A DNA stretch of 64,000 bases from Octopus vulgaris (taxonomy: Eukaryota). Numbering within the stretch: position 1 is the stretch's first letter; every line of letters begins with the position of its first letter. The notes beneath the pieces were generated by a model. It worked only from the letters and a program-made list of their open reading frames with translations. It searched no databases and was not told where the DNA came from. Position numbers and translations under genes: made by a program. Shown in pieces: positions 40,294-56,070 of this stretch. Location of the stretch: the NCBI GenBank assembly GCA_951406725.2, contig OX597824.1, positions 39,928,001 through 39,992,000 of the forward strand, given 5' to 3'.

Positions 40294-42237
40294 CGATTTA
40301 CAGGATCATGCTCAAAGTAGTTTCGTCACTCGCACGTACCATCTTTGCTATATTCACCCACCTCTTTTTGAAACTTTCACAAGACAAAACCTGCCTTTCC
40401 ATTCTCACCTTCCTTTTCAAGTGGTACTTGAAAAAGTTGATGAGCGATTCCCCAGAGAGGTAAGTGTTTGTCTCTAATCCTTTCACTCGAGTCCACCACA
40501 CATATTCTTTCACCATACCCACCAGTACGATGAACTGCCTTGCCTTCCCGGTTGAGGGAAGGTGGCGGAGCAATTGTCACGATAGACTCAGCCGACAGGC
40601 GGACTCGTCCCACACGTAACAGCAACCGTTCGGCACAAGCCCACAGGTCCGAAATGGTTGGACACTGCACGAGTGCGTGCAGAACGGTTTCGTCGCTCTG
40701 ACCGCATCTCGGGCAAGTCGGTCAGGTGTGTCTCGAACCGTGACTGTAGAGCTTATCCCGAACAGGTAATGCTTCTCGATAGCACTGCCAGGGCAGGGAA
40801 CTTTGGTGATTGTCCATAGATCCCGGCCCGAAAGTTGTCATGAATAGGCGGGTCAGGTGTTCCTCGTCGACGCCCAGATTCTGCCTGAGAACGTCGTCAC
40901 ACCTCCCCTCCACTAATCCTCTATAGAACACCTTTGTAACAGGTAGCCTTGTTTCCAAGGCGACCCCAAGCCACCTGCATTTATACTACCTATTTTAAGC
41001 ATGTTCCTGTCGAAGGTTGTGTTTTACACACGAAAGGGAGACAAGAGAGAAAGAGAGAGAGAGAGAATTTCTTTATACACCATAAGGTTGAGAAAAAGAG
41101 GGGACAATACGGGGACAGACAAAGCAAACGTTGGGGTCAGATTATCGAATGAGACGAAACGTATGAATAAACAAACAACTAAAATATATACAGTTAAATG
41201 AGAATGAGTGATTAACAAAAAATGAAGCGGAGGACGCGGTTGACCCCACAGACAATATACCCACACTGAAGACTTTGCTTTCTCCTTTTTTTACATTCTC
41301 GTTTAAACAGGTTCTTTCACTCGCAACATACTTGCTATAGACGGAGTTACTTACTGTCCGAAAGTTCTTTGCCCGTCACCTCACAGTCTTCTTCCAGAAG
41401 TTTTTTATATAGTTTTTTAGAGAGGTATTTTTGGAATCTCCCTACTGCATCCGGATAGAGAGATTTCAGTGTGCTGTTTGTGTTCTGTGTTGTGTGTATG
41501 ATTTTAATGTGTTGTGGTGGTGTTGTGCGTGAGTGATTCTTTGTTTTGGTATCATTTTCTGTTATGTTAGTGTTTGACCTACTGTATTCCATTAGGTTTG
41601 GATTGGTTATAGCTGTCAACATTGTTGGGGGTTGTTGGTGTGTTTGTGTTGATGCTTTTGTTTTCTGCGGTGTTTTGGCTTCGGGAATGGTAAACCTCCC
41701 CGCTTTGCTTGTCTGCTTCTCTATTCTCCCCCCCCCCACACACACACACACTTTTTCTCCTTCTCCCTGTGGCCACTTGCCAATTCTCTGTGTCGTCTTC
41801 ATCTGACGACATGTCGGACGAATCAGAGGATGGAAGGCGAAAGGTTGGTTTTGTTGGTGGTGGTGTTAGGGCTGTTTGATGACAGTTGGGATGTGATGTT
41901 GGGTTTTTGGGGGTGGGGTATGAGTCTTTTTGGTTTCCTCTTCTTCCTGTGGAGTTATTGGTGGTGGCGATGATGGTGTTGGTTCTGTTCTTGGTGGCGG
42001 TAGGGATGATGTTGTTTGGTTTGGCTGGCTTGTTGGTTGCTGATGTTCCTTCATTTGTTTGTAGAGTTGCTTAATTAGTTATGCATATGGCGGTGTGGGT
42101 AGTAGTGCTGTTTTTTGCTCGGTTTTTGGTTTTCTTGTGGTTGCTGTTTTTCGTGGTCTTGTTTTTGTCGTTGTTGTTGCTGTTGTTTCTGTGCTAGTGG
42201 GCATTTAGTTTTTAAATGTGTTTTGCTACAACAAACG
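39984..42237 (-). mobile_element. Tx1/L1-clade LINE, 5'-truncated and internally deleted (ORF1 remnant, ORF2 start fused to ORF2 end)
   Basis: ORF1 zinc knuckle remnant [11 protein letters not shown] plus Gln/Pro/Thr-rich tail; ORF2 start MLKIGSINAGGLGSPWKQ (ATG 41002); zf-RVT region LPVRDKL..CPRCGQSDETVLHALVQCP..LW; 3' end AATAAA abutting (TATC)n. Confidence 0.88.
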
Positions 42238-42264
42238 TAGACAGACATACATACATACATACAT

Positions 42265-42295
<31 letters not shown>

Positions 42296-42313
42296 GGCAG
42301 ACAGACAGACAGG

Positions 42314-42398
<85 letters not shown>

Positions 42399-42407
42399 TG
42401 ATAGATA
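42238..42407. repeat. (GACA)n/(GATA)n microsatellite
   Basis: Direct reading. Confidence 0.97.
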
Positions 42408-42559
42408 TGGGATCTGTCGCCAAAATAAACTCAAATATTGGATAACCAACCGGTGCGGTATGCTTGCGACTGTGCTGTGTACGAGTGACCTTGAACTTCA
42501 ATCTTATAATAGCCACACCACGGAACATGAGTTAGTAATCGATAAACACGAATTAGACT

Positions 42560-42830
42560 GAACGTATGTTTAGTGCAGCTAACGTTTTATCGCAAGTCCA
42601 ACAATGAAGGATTTGGATGAGCAACGTGTTTGTGTTTACAATATTTTCCGTAATGTCGCAAGAAAGCTTTGAATAGGATTGTCGGGCCACTTGTAATGTT
42701 ACAGAGAGTACAGGCGTTTAAATTGGAAGAGAATATCTACCAAAGACGATACTGAATGTGGAACGACCTTCCACGACAAAGTACGATGATTACATGAAAA
42801 TCGCCTTTTGACTAATCTGAGATATGACAA
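42560..42830 (+). mobile_element. Degraded mariner 5' fragment
   Basis: MKDLDEQRVCV start and RPST motif resemble a mariner N-terminus. Confidence 0.45.
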
Positions 42831-42854
42831 ACGTTATAAAAGCCATTATCTGAA

Positions 42855-42890
<36 letters not shown>

Positions 42891-43325
42891 ACACGCATAC
42901 CTACATACATGTGTGTGCATATATATATATGTGTGTGTGTGTATAAAGATATGTACATATGTACGTGTATATGTATATTATATAATATATGCATGAATGT
43001 GCGTATATATATTTATATAAATATATGTATATATGTATGTGTGTATTTTTATATGTATATGTATATATATGTATGTGTGTATTTGTATATACATACCTAA
43101 CGTATATACATAATGTATATATATGTATATATGTATGTATATGTATATACATACCTAACATATATACACATAATGTAAATATACATGTATAAATATATAT
43201 GTGTATGTGCATGTAGATATATGTATATATTCATATTTGTATGTATGTATGTATGTATGTATGTATGTATGTATGTATGTATGTATGTATGTATACATAT
43301 ATGTACACTTTTATGCCGTCACCGA

Positions 43326-43400
43326 ATGATGGCTGTCTGCAAGGCCCGAGTCCTGATTACGTTTCATTGTATGTTGGTGCTGAGTTTAGTTTGTTATATG
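43326..43400 (+). CDS. Candidate first coding exon of plus-strand model (signal/anchor-like MMAVCKARVLITFHCMLVLSLVCYM)
   Basis: ATG, hydrophobic stretch, phase-0 donor ATG|GTAATT; no recognised homology. Confidence 0.22.
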
Positions 43401-43523
43401 GTAATTAGTCAAGGAATGAGGTAGCACCTCCAAGTTTTCCCAGTCCGGTGAGAGAGATGCGGTCGATGCATCTTGGGAAAATAAAATGTTTGCTTTATGA
43501 AAAGCAATGTTCGGGAAAGAATT

Positions 43524-43579
43524 CTAGACGCTTGCACCCCATCGCAGCATGAACTGATCGAAATGTTTAGTTCTGTGCC
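43524..43579 (-). CDS. Candidate last coding exon of minus-strand model (HRTKHFDQFMLRWGASV*)
   Basis: Acceptor tattctcttcAG; phase compatible with exon 44811-45009. Confidence 0.25.
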
Positions 43580-44810
43580 CTGAAGAGAATACAGGAACAT
43601 GATAGTAGAATGAGAAAAAGGTGAGGGATGGAAGTAATATATTTGGTTCGAGAGTGTTGTTTTGTCCCTAGAGGTCGCTGCACTACACCGTTAAGAAGGT
43701 AAAAGAAATGGAGGATGGGTGGAGGAGCAGAGGGAGGACAAGGAAGAGTAGTAATTTCAATCTACAGTCTATGCTACGTAACAATACATTCCACGCCAAA
43801 AGTTAATAAAAGTTAATATCGCTGAAGATTATTTAAGAAAATGAACATTGCAAATTATTAATCGTTATTGATTCTCCTATTTGCTCTGAAAATTCTTAAT
43901 ATAATCATAGTTTTAATAAAATAATTGATTTAGTTTACATATATAGACAGAGAAACAAATCTAAACCTAGGGTTGTTTTTGTTACGTGTTTTATATAATC
44001 TGTTTTGGCAGAGGTCCGACCGTTAAGTAAAGAAATACATAAAAATTTCATCCCGATAGAAACTTTCGAATTATGTTCTTATGTCTACTGAGATTTTATG
44101 GATTGACATCACACTAAAATTGACGACAAGGAAAATGAAAACCCAAACATAATTGAGAATAAATACAAGCAGACATACACGAAATATCTATAATTTTTAG
44201 ATATAAGTTATTGATACAGCCACTTCGCCTTCCACGCCATTAACCTCGTCTCTCTCGTATTTTTATATCTTATTCTACATTGTCAGTAGTATATCTCCCG
44301 CTTCCATTTCGTAGGACAGGAGAAATATTCGATCGCCATTGTTTATTTAGCTATTTATTGCATTCTTTTTCTTTTGCTTTTTCATCTTTTTTTTTTTTTG
44401 AAAAATCTATAATATTGAACACGTTGTTGATTATCTAAAAACAACTTATAAAAAAAACAAGGTAGAGAGACTATCTAAGATGGCTATGATAGACCTTGTA
44501 TTACGGCAAGAATTGAAAGGAATGTAATTAACATTGAATATTTCCAGCGTAGAAATAGAGCTATGGAAGCAGAAAAGGAAAAATAAATATTTCTTTTTCC
44601 TAAAGGTTATATTTTCTACTGCCGCCCGCTGTCCCACGCTACCATCTCTTTATTCATAATATTTCGATATCAGTGTTATCAACTATTATGTTACACAACA
44701 CAGCTTGTTAACGAATAAAATTTCTGAGCTGTAAACTCAGGCCTAAAGGTTATATGCATACATACAAATCTATTCACTCGGACGCATTACACCCATGTGA
44801 AAATACTTAC

Positions 44811-45009
44811 GTAGCAATGGGAGAGGTTTTGTTTCTGCAAACCAAACGTGTCGGCCAGCTTCAACAAATATGTAAGTAGTAACCGTTTGATGCAAGCTCA
44901 TAAGCACAGAGCGGCTCTTGATTAGCCAGTGATTCGATCTACTCGAGATAAGGATGAAACAACGTTTTCCGCTTGACAATATCCTTAAGATGAAAATATC
45001 TCCAGGGAA
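44811..45009 (-). CDS. Candidate internal exon of minus-strand model (199 bp)
   Basis: Acceptor ataattcAG, donor GTAAGT, open frame FPGDIFILRIL...WFAETKPLPLL. Confidence 0.3.
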
Positions 45010-45063
45010 CTGAATTATGTTATAAGAATACTGATTTAGGTGTATGTGATATGTGTAAGTCAG

Positions 45064-45116
<53 letters not shown>

Positions 45117-45117
<1 letters not shown>

Positions 45118-45267
45118 TACGATTAAGAGATTTGCTTCCTAACCTCATGGTTTCAGGTCCAGCCACATTGTGGTGGCTTCGATGTCTTCTACTACAATCT
45201 TGAGTCGACCAAAATCTTGAGAATTCGTTTGATAGAAAGAAACTGAAACGAGCCACTCGTATGTACG

Positions 45268-45307
<40 letters not shown>

Positions 45308-45480
45308 TGTGTGTGTGTGTGTGTACGATTAAGAAATTTGCTTCCTAACCTCATGGTTTCAGGTCCAGCCACATCGTGGTGGCTTCGATGTCTTCTACTA
45401 CAATCCTGAGCCGACCAAAGTCTTGAGAATTCATTTGATAGAAAGAAACTGAAAAGAGCCACTCGTATGTACGTGTACGT
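45117..45480 (+). repeat. Tandem duplication (206-bp period) of a degraded family A SINE head
   Basis: gtacgattaag...gccactcgtatgtacgtg at 45117 and 45323, separated by (TG)n. Confidence 0.9.
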
Positions 45481-46392
45481 GTGTGTGTGTGTGTGTGTGT
45501 GTCTGTGTGTGTGTCTGTGTCTGTGTGTATGTGTCTGTGTCTGCGTCTGTGTCTGTCTGTCTGTTTTGTTTATGAACGATGCTCTTGGCTTCCAATTTTT
45601 CGTCAAAACACGTCTGGCTAAGGAATTAGAAACAAGTGGAAAATGGCGTAACGGAAGCGAATACCATTAAAACGATGAAAAGACAATTATACTGTGGATC
45701 GACGTTGTTCGATGATGATGATTCAACTGTTCCATCAACTAAATTACCTGCCCCTTAATTAATAAATAAGTGGCTGAGTATTCCACAGACAGATGTACCT
45801 TTAACGTGATTCTCAAACAGAATCAGCATAACAAAGTATGACAAGCCTTTTGGATTGCATGTACAATCTACTGAACGAGCTTCTATACAGTTTCCCTCTA
45901 CGTGTTTATTTCTTTAGAGATCCTCGTTCGATTTGACATGAGTTTACTCAACTTTTTAGCAAATTACATTTACCCAAGATGCAAAAGTACTGAGATCGAA
46001 CCAGGAACTTCGTGATTGCAAAGCGAACTTCTTAACTATTCGGCGCCTACATATGTGTGTGTGTGTGAGTAGGTAAATGTGTGATGTATGTGTGTATATG
46101 TTTGTGTGATGTGGGTGAGGAGAGAGAGATAATGACAGAGAGAGAGAACATGCATGTGTACACGCACGCCTTCTAAAACAATTATTTTTTAACTTCAATA
46201 TCGATCATCGAACTTAGACCTTTAAAGAAATTAACATTATGTGTGAGAGTGTGTGTGTGTGTGTGCGCGCGCGAGCATAGATATTTGTGAATGTTCAAAC
46301 ATACACATTCATACATATGCATATATATATACACAAACATAAATGCATATGTATGCATATATATAAAGAAATTATACCCATATATATGTATA

Positions 46393-46446
<54 letters not shown>

Positions 46447-46859
46447 GTATATATATATATACATATATATATGTATGTATGTATGTATGTATATATCACC
46501 TTTAAACAAATAAAAACAACACTTTAAATATAAGAACACTTTCAATGGAAGAATCAAATATCTTTTTTTATCAAATACAAACATTTTTCTAATCGAGTAA
46601 CAACAGTGTTATTGATAATTTCGTTATTTGAACATTTAGATTAAGAAGCAAGATTTGGATATTCTGCTAAAAGTTCAATAGGGGAATATTGATCTTTTTT
46701 GAGGAAAAAGTAAAAAAATATAAGTGCTCAAAAACACCTGGTGTGTTGTGAGTGGGAATTGAGAAATAATTTGTGTAACTAACAGAATAATTTGGTAGAG
46801 TTTAATATATCCGCAGTTAATGAGACTTTCTTATACCTCGATTAGTACGATTGTATTGT

Positions 46860-47023
46860 TTATCTTTTATCATTTACATGTTTTATTGATTGGACTGCAG
46901 CTATGCTGGGGCATTGCCTTGAAGGTTTTCGTTGAACAAATTGGCTCCAGTGTTTATTTTTAAAATCAGATGCTTCTTCTATCAGTATCTTTTGGCGAAC
47001 CGCTCAGGTACGTGGACATAAAC
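46860..47023 (-). mobile_element. Old family A-like SINE (tail part) interrupted by the NUMT; apparently resumes at ~48155-48200
   Basis: ggactgcagctatgctggggca...ggcgaaccgctcaggtacgtggacataaaca, then after the NUMT tcaaatggcagagagacaaacataaagacatac as in the family A linker. Confidence 0.7.
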
Positions 47024-48154
<1,131 letters not shown>

Positions 48155-48367
48155 TCAAATGGCAGAGAGACAAACATAAAGACATACATATACATATCTG
48201 TGTGCATGTGTATGTGTTGTTATTGTTGTTGTTCTTGGTGTTGTTCTTATTATTATTACTTTTAATACGCACCAGGATAGGAAAGGATTTCAGTTTACAC
48301 TCTGAGAAAACAAACATTCTATGAATGTGTGAGTGTGTGCTTATGTGTTTGTATATATGTATTTCTG

Positions 48368-48412
<45 letters not shown>

Positions 48413-48534
48413 CTGTGAAAGTCTGTGTTTGTATGCCTTTGTCTTTGTGTCAGTACGTAAATTTGTTTTTGCAATCTTCATACTCATACCTGGAATTATG
48501 AGAACATATCATGGATAACAGCAATGTTAAATAG

Positions 48535-48860
48535 CTTTTTTTAGGTAATGACTGAAAGTCAGTTAATAACTGATTTCAAGTAACTTCCTTTTAGGCGATG
48601 ATTGAACTACTCTCAAGTTCTTTTTAGGTATGATTGATTTTCAAGAATGACTTTTCTCAAACGACTTATTTTTTGGTAATGCTTGAAGCTCAGAAATAAC
48701 TGATCTCAAATAAATTATTTTTAAGTAACGATTGAAGGTCAGATATAAATGCTTTCGACTTCTTTTTAAGAAATAATATAAGGTCTAGAATAACTGCTGT
48801 TAAGTAACTTCTTTTTAGCAGTTATTGAAGGTCAGTAATAACTGCTCCGAAACAATTTTT
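48535..48860. repeat. Degenerate ~49-bp minisatellite, about 7 copies
   Basis: Unit approximately tttttaggtaatgattgaaggtcagaaataactgatttcaagtaacttc. Confidence 0.75.
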
Positions 48861-48868
48861 TACATGAT

Positions 48869-49011
48869 GCGGTGAGCACAGGCTGTGAGCACAGGCGGTG
48901 AGCACAGGCGGTGAGCACAGGCGGTGAGCACAGGAGGTGAGCACAGGCGGTGAGCACAGGCGGTGAGCACAGGCGGTGAGCACAGGCGGTGAGCACAGGC
49001 GGTGAGCACAG
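48869..49011. repeat. 13-bp GC-rich minisatellite (gcggtgagcacag) x11
   Basis: Direct count; two variant units. Confidence 0.97.
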
Positions 49012-49029
49012 GGCGGTGGGAAAGGAAGA

Positions 49030-49420
49030 ATGGATGGATGGACGGATGGATAGGATAGTTGGAAAGACGGAGGGACGGTGGAAGAAGAAACGAATGGAAG
49101 GCGGGCGAGAGGAAGGGAGGGAGGGAGAGAGGGAGGGAACGATAGTTGGATAGATGGATGGATGGATGGATGGATTGATGGATGGATGGATGGATGGACG
49201 GACGGACGGACGGATGGACGGACGGATGGATGACTAGATAAAGGAGTGAAAAGACAGACGGCTGGATGGATGAACGGACGGATGGGTGGAGAGATAGATG
49301 GATGCATGGATAGAGGTATGGATGGATGGATGGATAGATGGATGGATGGATGGATGGATGGATGGATGGATGGATGGATGGATGGATGGAGGGATGGATG
49401 GAGGGATGGAGGGATGGATA
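49030..49420. repeat. (GGAT/GGAC/GGGA)n low-complexity repeat
   Basis: Direct reading. Confidence 0.92.
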
Positions 49421-49569
49421 AGGCGTCATTGGTAAACTGAGGTTGCAGTATAAGCTACTGATATTCAAAAAGCTGCACAATCGGATCGAATCCGAAAATA
49501 CATTCGTGTGAGAGCAAATCTGAACATCACATCTGTGCATGTTCCAGAACTATACAAATCTGAACTCAC

Positions 49570-49655
49570 CCGAGCTACTTGACAATAATAGCAATCAGAA
49601 AAAGAATAACCGAACTTTCTTTGAGGAAACTGGACATCAGAGACAGGTTGTTGAT
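49570..49655 (-). CDS. Candidate exon of minus-strand model (86 bp)
   Basis: Acceptor ttcttctttAG, donor GTGAGT, open frame QQPVSDVQFPQRKFGYSFSDCYYCQVAR. Confidence 0.3.
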
Positions 49656-49796
49656 CTAAAGAAGAATTGGTAAAAAGTTGTTTAACAGAATGGAAATTTC
49701 TGGAATTGCTGCCATTTTGGAATGTGTTTATATGTTTATATTAGCGGTGGATTCTTTCATTCCAAATGAGTTTCAAATGACGTTTGGGATAAGTAC

Positions 49797-50414
<618 letters not shown>

Positions 50415-50460
50415 GCCACACGTTTAGTTTGTTTTAATTGTATGAATTTTTCTCCTTCAG

Positions 50461-50538
50461 TTGAGTAGAGCATCGGGCATAGACAACAGATATTTCCGTT
50501 TGGTGATTGATCAATTTCTGGATACAAAATGGATATAA
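50461..50538 (+). CDS. Candidate terminal coding exon of plus-strand model ([25 protein letters not shown])
   Basis: Strong acceptor ttttctccttcAG, stop at 50536-50538, AATAAA at 50553-50558. Confidence 0.3.
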   Translation: MSRASGIDNRYFRLVIDQFLDTKWI

Positions 50539-50714
50539 CTAATGTCGCAGAGAATAAATAATGATGATTTCAATAGCAAATTTGTTATTATGTGTGGAAA
50601 CCTATATAACGAATATTTGATTATATTCCTGGAAATATCTGAAGCATATTTTCATACATACACTCCTGACTCTTTGTTGTTTCTTCTTCATATCATTTTC
50701 ATTTCTGCCGGGAT

Positions 50715-50757
50715 TAAGTGAATACCGAAGTCGCCTTTGTTCCTCCTTTTATATAGA
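50715..50757 (-). promoter_or_regulatory. Candidate TATA box plus initiator
   Basis: TATATAAAAG (50755-50746, minus) with an Inr-like gtattcac ~30 nt downstream and a donor GTATGT at 50661. Confidence 0.3.
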
Positions 50758-50835
50758 TCTTTCCTACTAACTATACAAATGACATCGCGTAAACTTATAT
50801 CCGGTCTCTTACCATACGGAGGCATGTGTGTGTGC

Positions 50836-50875
<40 letters not shown>

Positions 50876-51043
50876 ATGTGTGTGTGCATATTTGTTGGAA
50901 ACGGCACTTCAGTCCATCGAGTCCTAGACTTTCAAGCACGTAAGTATACGCGTGACTTGTCAAAGGAAACGTACGTACATGACACATACATTCGCTCACA
51001 TACACATACGTACAACCATAAGCATATATATAAACATAAATAC

Positions 51044-51122
<79 letters not shown>

Positions 51123-51135
51123 CAGATAGATAGAA

Positions 51136-51166
<31 letters not shown>

Positions 51167-51227
51167 TAGATGGACATAAATACATACATTGCCTAACAGT
51201 TTGCTTTACAAACAAGAATGATAACTA

Positions 51228-51327
<100 letters not shown>

Positions 51328-51935
51328 GAGAATTATAAGAACATAATTCCTACACACACACACACATATGAAAGGAAATGAAATACATCACCATTGATCT
51401 CCAGAAGAAACACCTGTGAACTTCCATAGCTGATAATATGAAAGATGAATTTTATTTACTTGTTTCAGTTTATTTCCTGTTTTATTCCAACATGACTAGG
51501 TTGTCATAAAGCGACCGAAACTGGTAGCTACTTAGTTAAAAATGAAAGTATTGCCTTTCTATTTTCTACGATCAATTTCTCTATATTTCCATATACACGC
51601 AACAGAGTTATATTTATCAGTAGAATATCACCCTGTGGCAATACCGTCGTTCATTGCCTAAACTGAGTATTCACTACTGCCAGGAAGTTATTGCGGTATT
51701 AGATCCGATTTTCTGCCTTCTAAGTTCAAATCCTGCCGGTGCTAACTTTGCTTTTCCTCTTTTCCCTGTAAGGGATTAGTGATGGTCTGTGATTGCAAAA
51801 AAAAAAAAAAAAAGGGAAATTGTATGAATTCGTAAAATAAAGTTGACGTACCGTGAAGGGAGATTGGTTTTGATATGCAACACAGAACTCTTCTCGGAAG
51901 AAACACCCACATAAATTCATATTATTACTATTTTA

Positions 51936-52152
<217 letters not shown>

Positions 52153-52491
52153 GAGTGAGAGAGTAGTGCATGCCATCAAAGTGATACTGGGATAAAATAT
52201 ACGAAGCCCAGTATACCCATCATGACTACCCGTCTGATAAGGATACACCAGGCACATGCATCACAACCATATGTGCACAACATGGTGATCTCATATCAAC
52301 ATTAACAGCGCATGACCTTGCAGGTGGGGCCAAGTTAGAATTTTCTTCAGGTCGATTAACCCATCCGCTCAAAAGGTCCCTGAATAAGGTTTCTTTAAGG
52401 ATGTTGAACGAAACACCCATGTTTCCAGAGGTGAATTATCCAAACCCCAAAGAATTCCTCTCAACACATGGCTGTGATGCTCCCCCACTAC
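52153..52491 (-). mobile_element. Truncated copy of the (TAA)n-associated non-coding retroposon
   Basis: Closely similar to 62556-62895; same end abuts (TTA)n. Strand inferred from the truncation pattern. Confidence 0.85.
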
Positions 52492-52983
52492 CAGTTATAT
52501 AATTGAGTCACATATGTTGGAAGTACCTATTCAAGTAGACCGTGGGCCTAAGGAAAACAAGTTTATCTTTGACTAAAGTCAACATTTGAAAGTGAAATTA
52601 TATTCAAACTAAAATTTAAGTTTTTAGTTTAGCAAACCTTCCCTATTAGTTTTGTTTTTCCTTTTTTTTCTCTGGTATTTTATTTCATTGCAATATTTCT
52701 AAACCTAATTTATGTAATTGCCGAGCAGAGTACGTGCAGCTGTGCGTATGCTTGGATGTATGTGTGAGAGTGTGCGCAGAGTAGTCATATCAGATCTGGT
52801 TGTATTGAAACACCTGCGAATGAATACAGAAGGCAACAACAACAACAACAGCTATCCTAAAGTGGATACATATATTTACAAGATAAGGAAGATAAAGGAA
52901 GACAATTTGTGTCGTTCTAACGTATTATAAATTGCTTTTCGCGATCACCAACAGGATTCAGTTTGAAGAGAAACATGGACGCC

Positions 52984-53950
52984 GTGGTGGTGGTGATGGT
53001 GGTAATGGTGGTGGTGGTGGTGTTGGTGGTGGTGGTGGTGGTGGTGGTGGTGGTAGTGGTAGGGATTTCAGTGATGGTAATTTACGTGGTGGTAGTGGTG
53101 GAGTTAGTGATGATGGTACTAGGGTGATGGCGATGGTGATTTTGGTAATGGTGGTGGTGGTTGCGGTAGTTATAGTGATAATAGGGGGTAATGTGAATGT
53201 GATTGTAGTAGCGGTGGTAGTGGTGGTCGTGGTCGTGGAGGTGGTGGTAGTGGTGTTGAGTGTAATGATGAAGATGCTTGCGATGGTTGTGGTGGCAGTG
53301 GTGGTCGTGGTCGTGGCGGTAGTGGTGTTGAGTGTAGTGATGAAGATGCTTGCGATGGTTGTGGTGGCAGTGGTGGTAGAGTGATAACAATGGTAGTGGT
53401 GGCGGTAGTGGTGGCGATAGTGATGGTGGTGGTAAAGGTGGTAGCGATTGTAGCGATGATGATGTTAGCAGTGGTTGTGATAGTAGCGTGATCGACGTGG
53501 TGGTGTTTGTGGCAAAAATAATGACACAGGTGGTGGTTGTAGTGGTGGTGAGGTGGTACAGGCTGTGAGACATGTGATGGAGAAGATGCTGATGGCTATA
53601 ATGCTGGTGGAGTTAGTAGTATGCTAGAGGTGGTGGTGGTCTGGTTGCAGAATTGGTGTTGATAATGGTGGTTGTAGTAAGGTTGGTAGTGTTAATGATG
53701 GTTTCGGTGGTGCTCGTCAGCGCCGTGATGGTAGCCATGGCAGTGATAGTGAATGTAGTCGCTATAGCAGCGATAGTGGTGGTGGTGATGGTGGTAGTGG
53801 AAGTGGTAGAAATTTTGGTTGTGATGTCGTTGTCGTTGTTGTTGTTGTTGTTGTTGTTGTTAGTGGTGGTGGTGGTGGTGGTGGTGGTGGTGGTGGTGGT
53901 GGTGGTGGTACTGCTGCTGCTGCCGGCGGCGGCGGTGTTCGTGGTGGTTG
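52984..53950. repeat. (GGT/GAT/GTT)n low-complexity field
   Basis: Direct reading; includes a ~72-bp internal duplication. Confidence 0.92.
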
Positions 53951-54118
53951 TAATTTGATTATCGTTTATTAACTTCGAGATCACGTTAAATAATTCTTCT
54001 CTTTTTGGGGACGGTTAAACTCGAAGCAGATAAAGCTATTGATAATAACGCGTATATAACCAAGAAGTCTGAGATTTAATATATCTGACCCTAACCTTGT
54101 CCGATTCACAGTTAAAGA

Positions 54119-54174
<56 letters not shown>

Positions 54175-54572
54175 TATGTGTGTGAGTGAGTGTGTGTATG
54201 TATGCGCCAACGCGTTTATCTATGTATGTGCTTGCATTTATGTATATATTTTTACTCATACGCACAAACGTCAACCATTAACCATTTTCATCAGTGTTCT
54301 AGCATTTGAACTCCAGGCTCTTGAATCACAGACATATATACCAATCAAAATAAGCAACAAGGATATCCAAGGTAGTGTAGTACAATTGTTTCATGCTACT
54401 TCTTTTTATTAAACACTGTAAGTATTACATCAGTTTTAAAATGTCGAGCAATCTTCAGCCACATATAGATTTTTTTAATTAAACGGACAATGCACATTCT
54501 TACACTTATTTCATTTGCCAACATTACAAAGAGAGTAGATATATATATCATCTGAATCTAAATTCTGCTGAT

Positions 54573-54629
<57 letters not shown>

Positions 54630-55330
54630 GGCTGTTATTGATGATGATAAAGGAGACCCATCATCAAAAGCGCTCTAGTCTGACGACCATCCTGTATGAT
54701 TTTACGTGTTAATATTGTATTGCCCAATATATCATTCTTTTATTTATTATGTAAAGGTGTGATTTGGAAAATATTCGGTTACTATGTCTTGCAGTCGAGC
54801 GGCAAAATAGAGGCTTTATCAATGATTTGTAGTTACGTTTGACTATGCTCTCTGTGTGTGCGTGTGTGTATGTGTGAAGGAGAGAAAGAGAGTGTGTGTG
54901 TATGTGTGCATGCGTGTGTGTGCATGTGTGTGTGTGTCTGTGTGTGTATGCACCTGCGCACGTGTGTGCTTTGAGTCCTTGTTGGTGTTATATGAAACCC
55001 TGATCATTATTTTCAATGAGAATCAATAATTGTAAGAACCCGCCTTCTCAGAACACGACAAATTGCTTAAGCCACACACATTTTTATAGTTTATTGTTCA
55101 ATGAGACAATGCTTGGTGAAAAATAAAATGAAAGCAAGAGAACTGAAAATAAAAATAGAGCAAAATAAATTTATTCCCTTCGAATTCTGATTGCTTGATT
55201 GATATTAGTAATGTCTAATTGTTCATAAGTGAACTGATTGATTATATTCTCTCTTCAAAATTATACAACATACAATAGTTTTGTTAGTATTTTTCAATCA
55301 TTTCCGCCGGTTGTTTGTACGGGTCAGACC

Positions 55331-55522
55331 TGGAAGGCATAACAAGCATGGAAGGCATAGCAAGCATGGAAGGCATAGCAGGCATTGTATACAGGGCAGT
55401 CATTGCTAAGAAGTTCACTTTGCAGCCTTCTTAGTTCGATAGCAAGCATGGAAGGCATAGCAGGCATTGTATACAGGGCAGTCATTGCTAAGAAGTTCAC
55501 TTTGCAGCCTTCTTAGTTCGAT
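55331..55522. repeat. Local tandem duplications (18-bp units and an exact 82-bp doublet)
   Basis: 55359-55440 equals 55441-55522; ggaaggcatagcaagcat units precede it. Confidence 0.9.
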
Positions 55523-55689
55523 TTTGTTTCTACTGCGCGCTATTTTGGGCAAACACATCTGCCATAGCGTCGGGTAGACCAAAGATTTGAGAGTGAAATT
55601 TGGCCGTCGAGATCAAAGTGCATATCCATCAAAGGCATCGTTTCTGTTCTTGATTGATGAACGTTACTGAGTTAAATATTTAGTTTAAC

Positions 55690-56070
55690 AGCATCATATG
55701 GTCTCTGGGTGCCTTCCACGAGATCCACTTCCTTGTACGTAGTCATATCAAATTTCTGGTTTGAGGACGACTTCTTTCCATCCGCCTGTCAGTCTCTTAG
55801 AGCCAGGAGAGGATCTGCTGCCTTTCATCCTCTACCTAAACCACTTTTATAAAAATGATTCTTGTAGTTTTATCCCATCTCCTGTATGATTAGTACTTCG
55901 TATGATCGTTCGTCTTGCTTTTGTGCATCTTGTTTTGCTTCCCCTAGCATTGATATTGCTGTCATTATAAGGAGAAAGTAAAAGTCACATTGATAGAAAC
56001 AGGGAAGTACAGGAATCCACTTTGTTTTATCTTGCATTGCTCCACACCCGATATGATAAGTACCAGTCAT
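55690..56070 (-). mobile_element. Degraded RTE-like LINE 3' fragment
   Basis: Peptide traces MHKSKTND and VQGSGSRGRHP resemble the RTE C-terminus (W..K.TNE; V.G.R.RGRP). Confidence 0.4.

Noticed and set aside
48869-49011. CRISPR-like regular repeats
   Set aside because: Head-to-tail 13-mers without spacers, no cas genes, eukaryotic context.
52932-53984. Gly/Val/Thr-rich structural or mucin-like protein
   Set aside because: GGT-type low-complexity DNA open in several frames on both strands; no splice or domain support.
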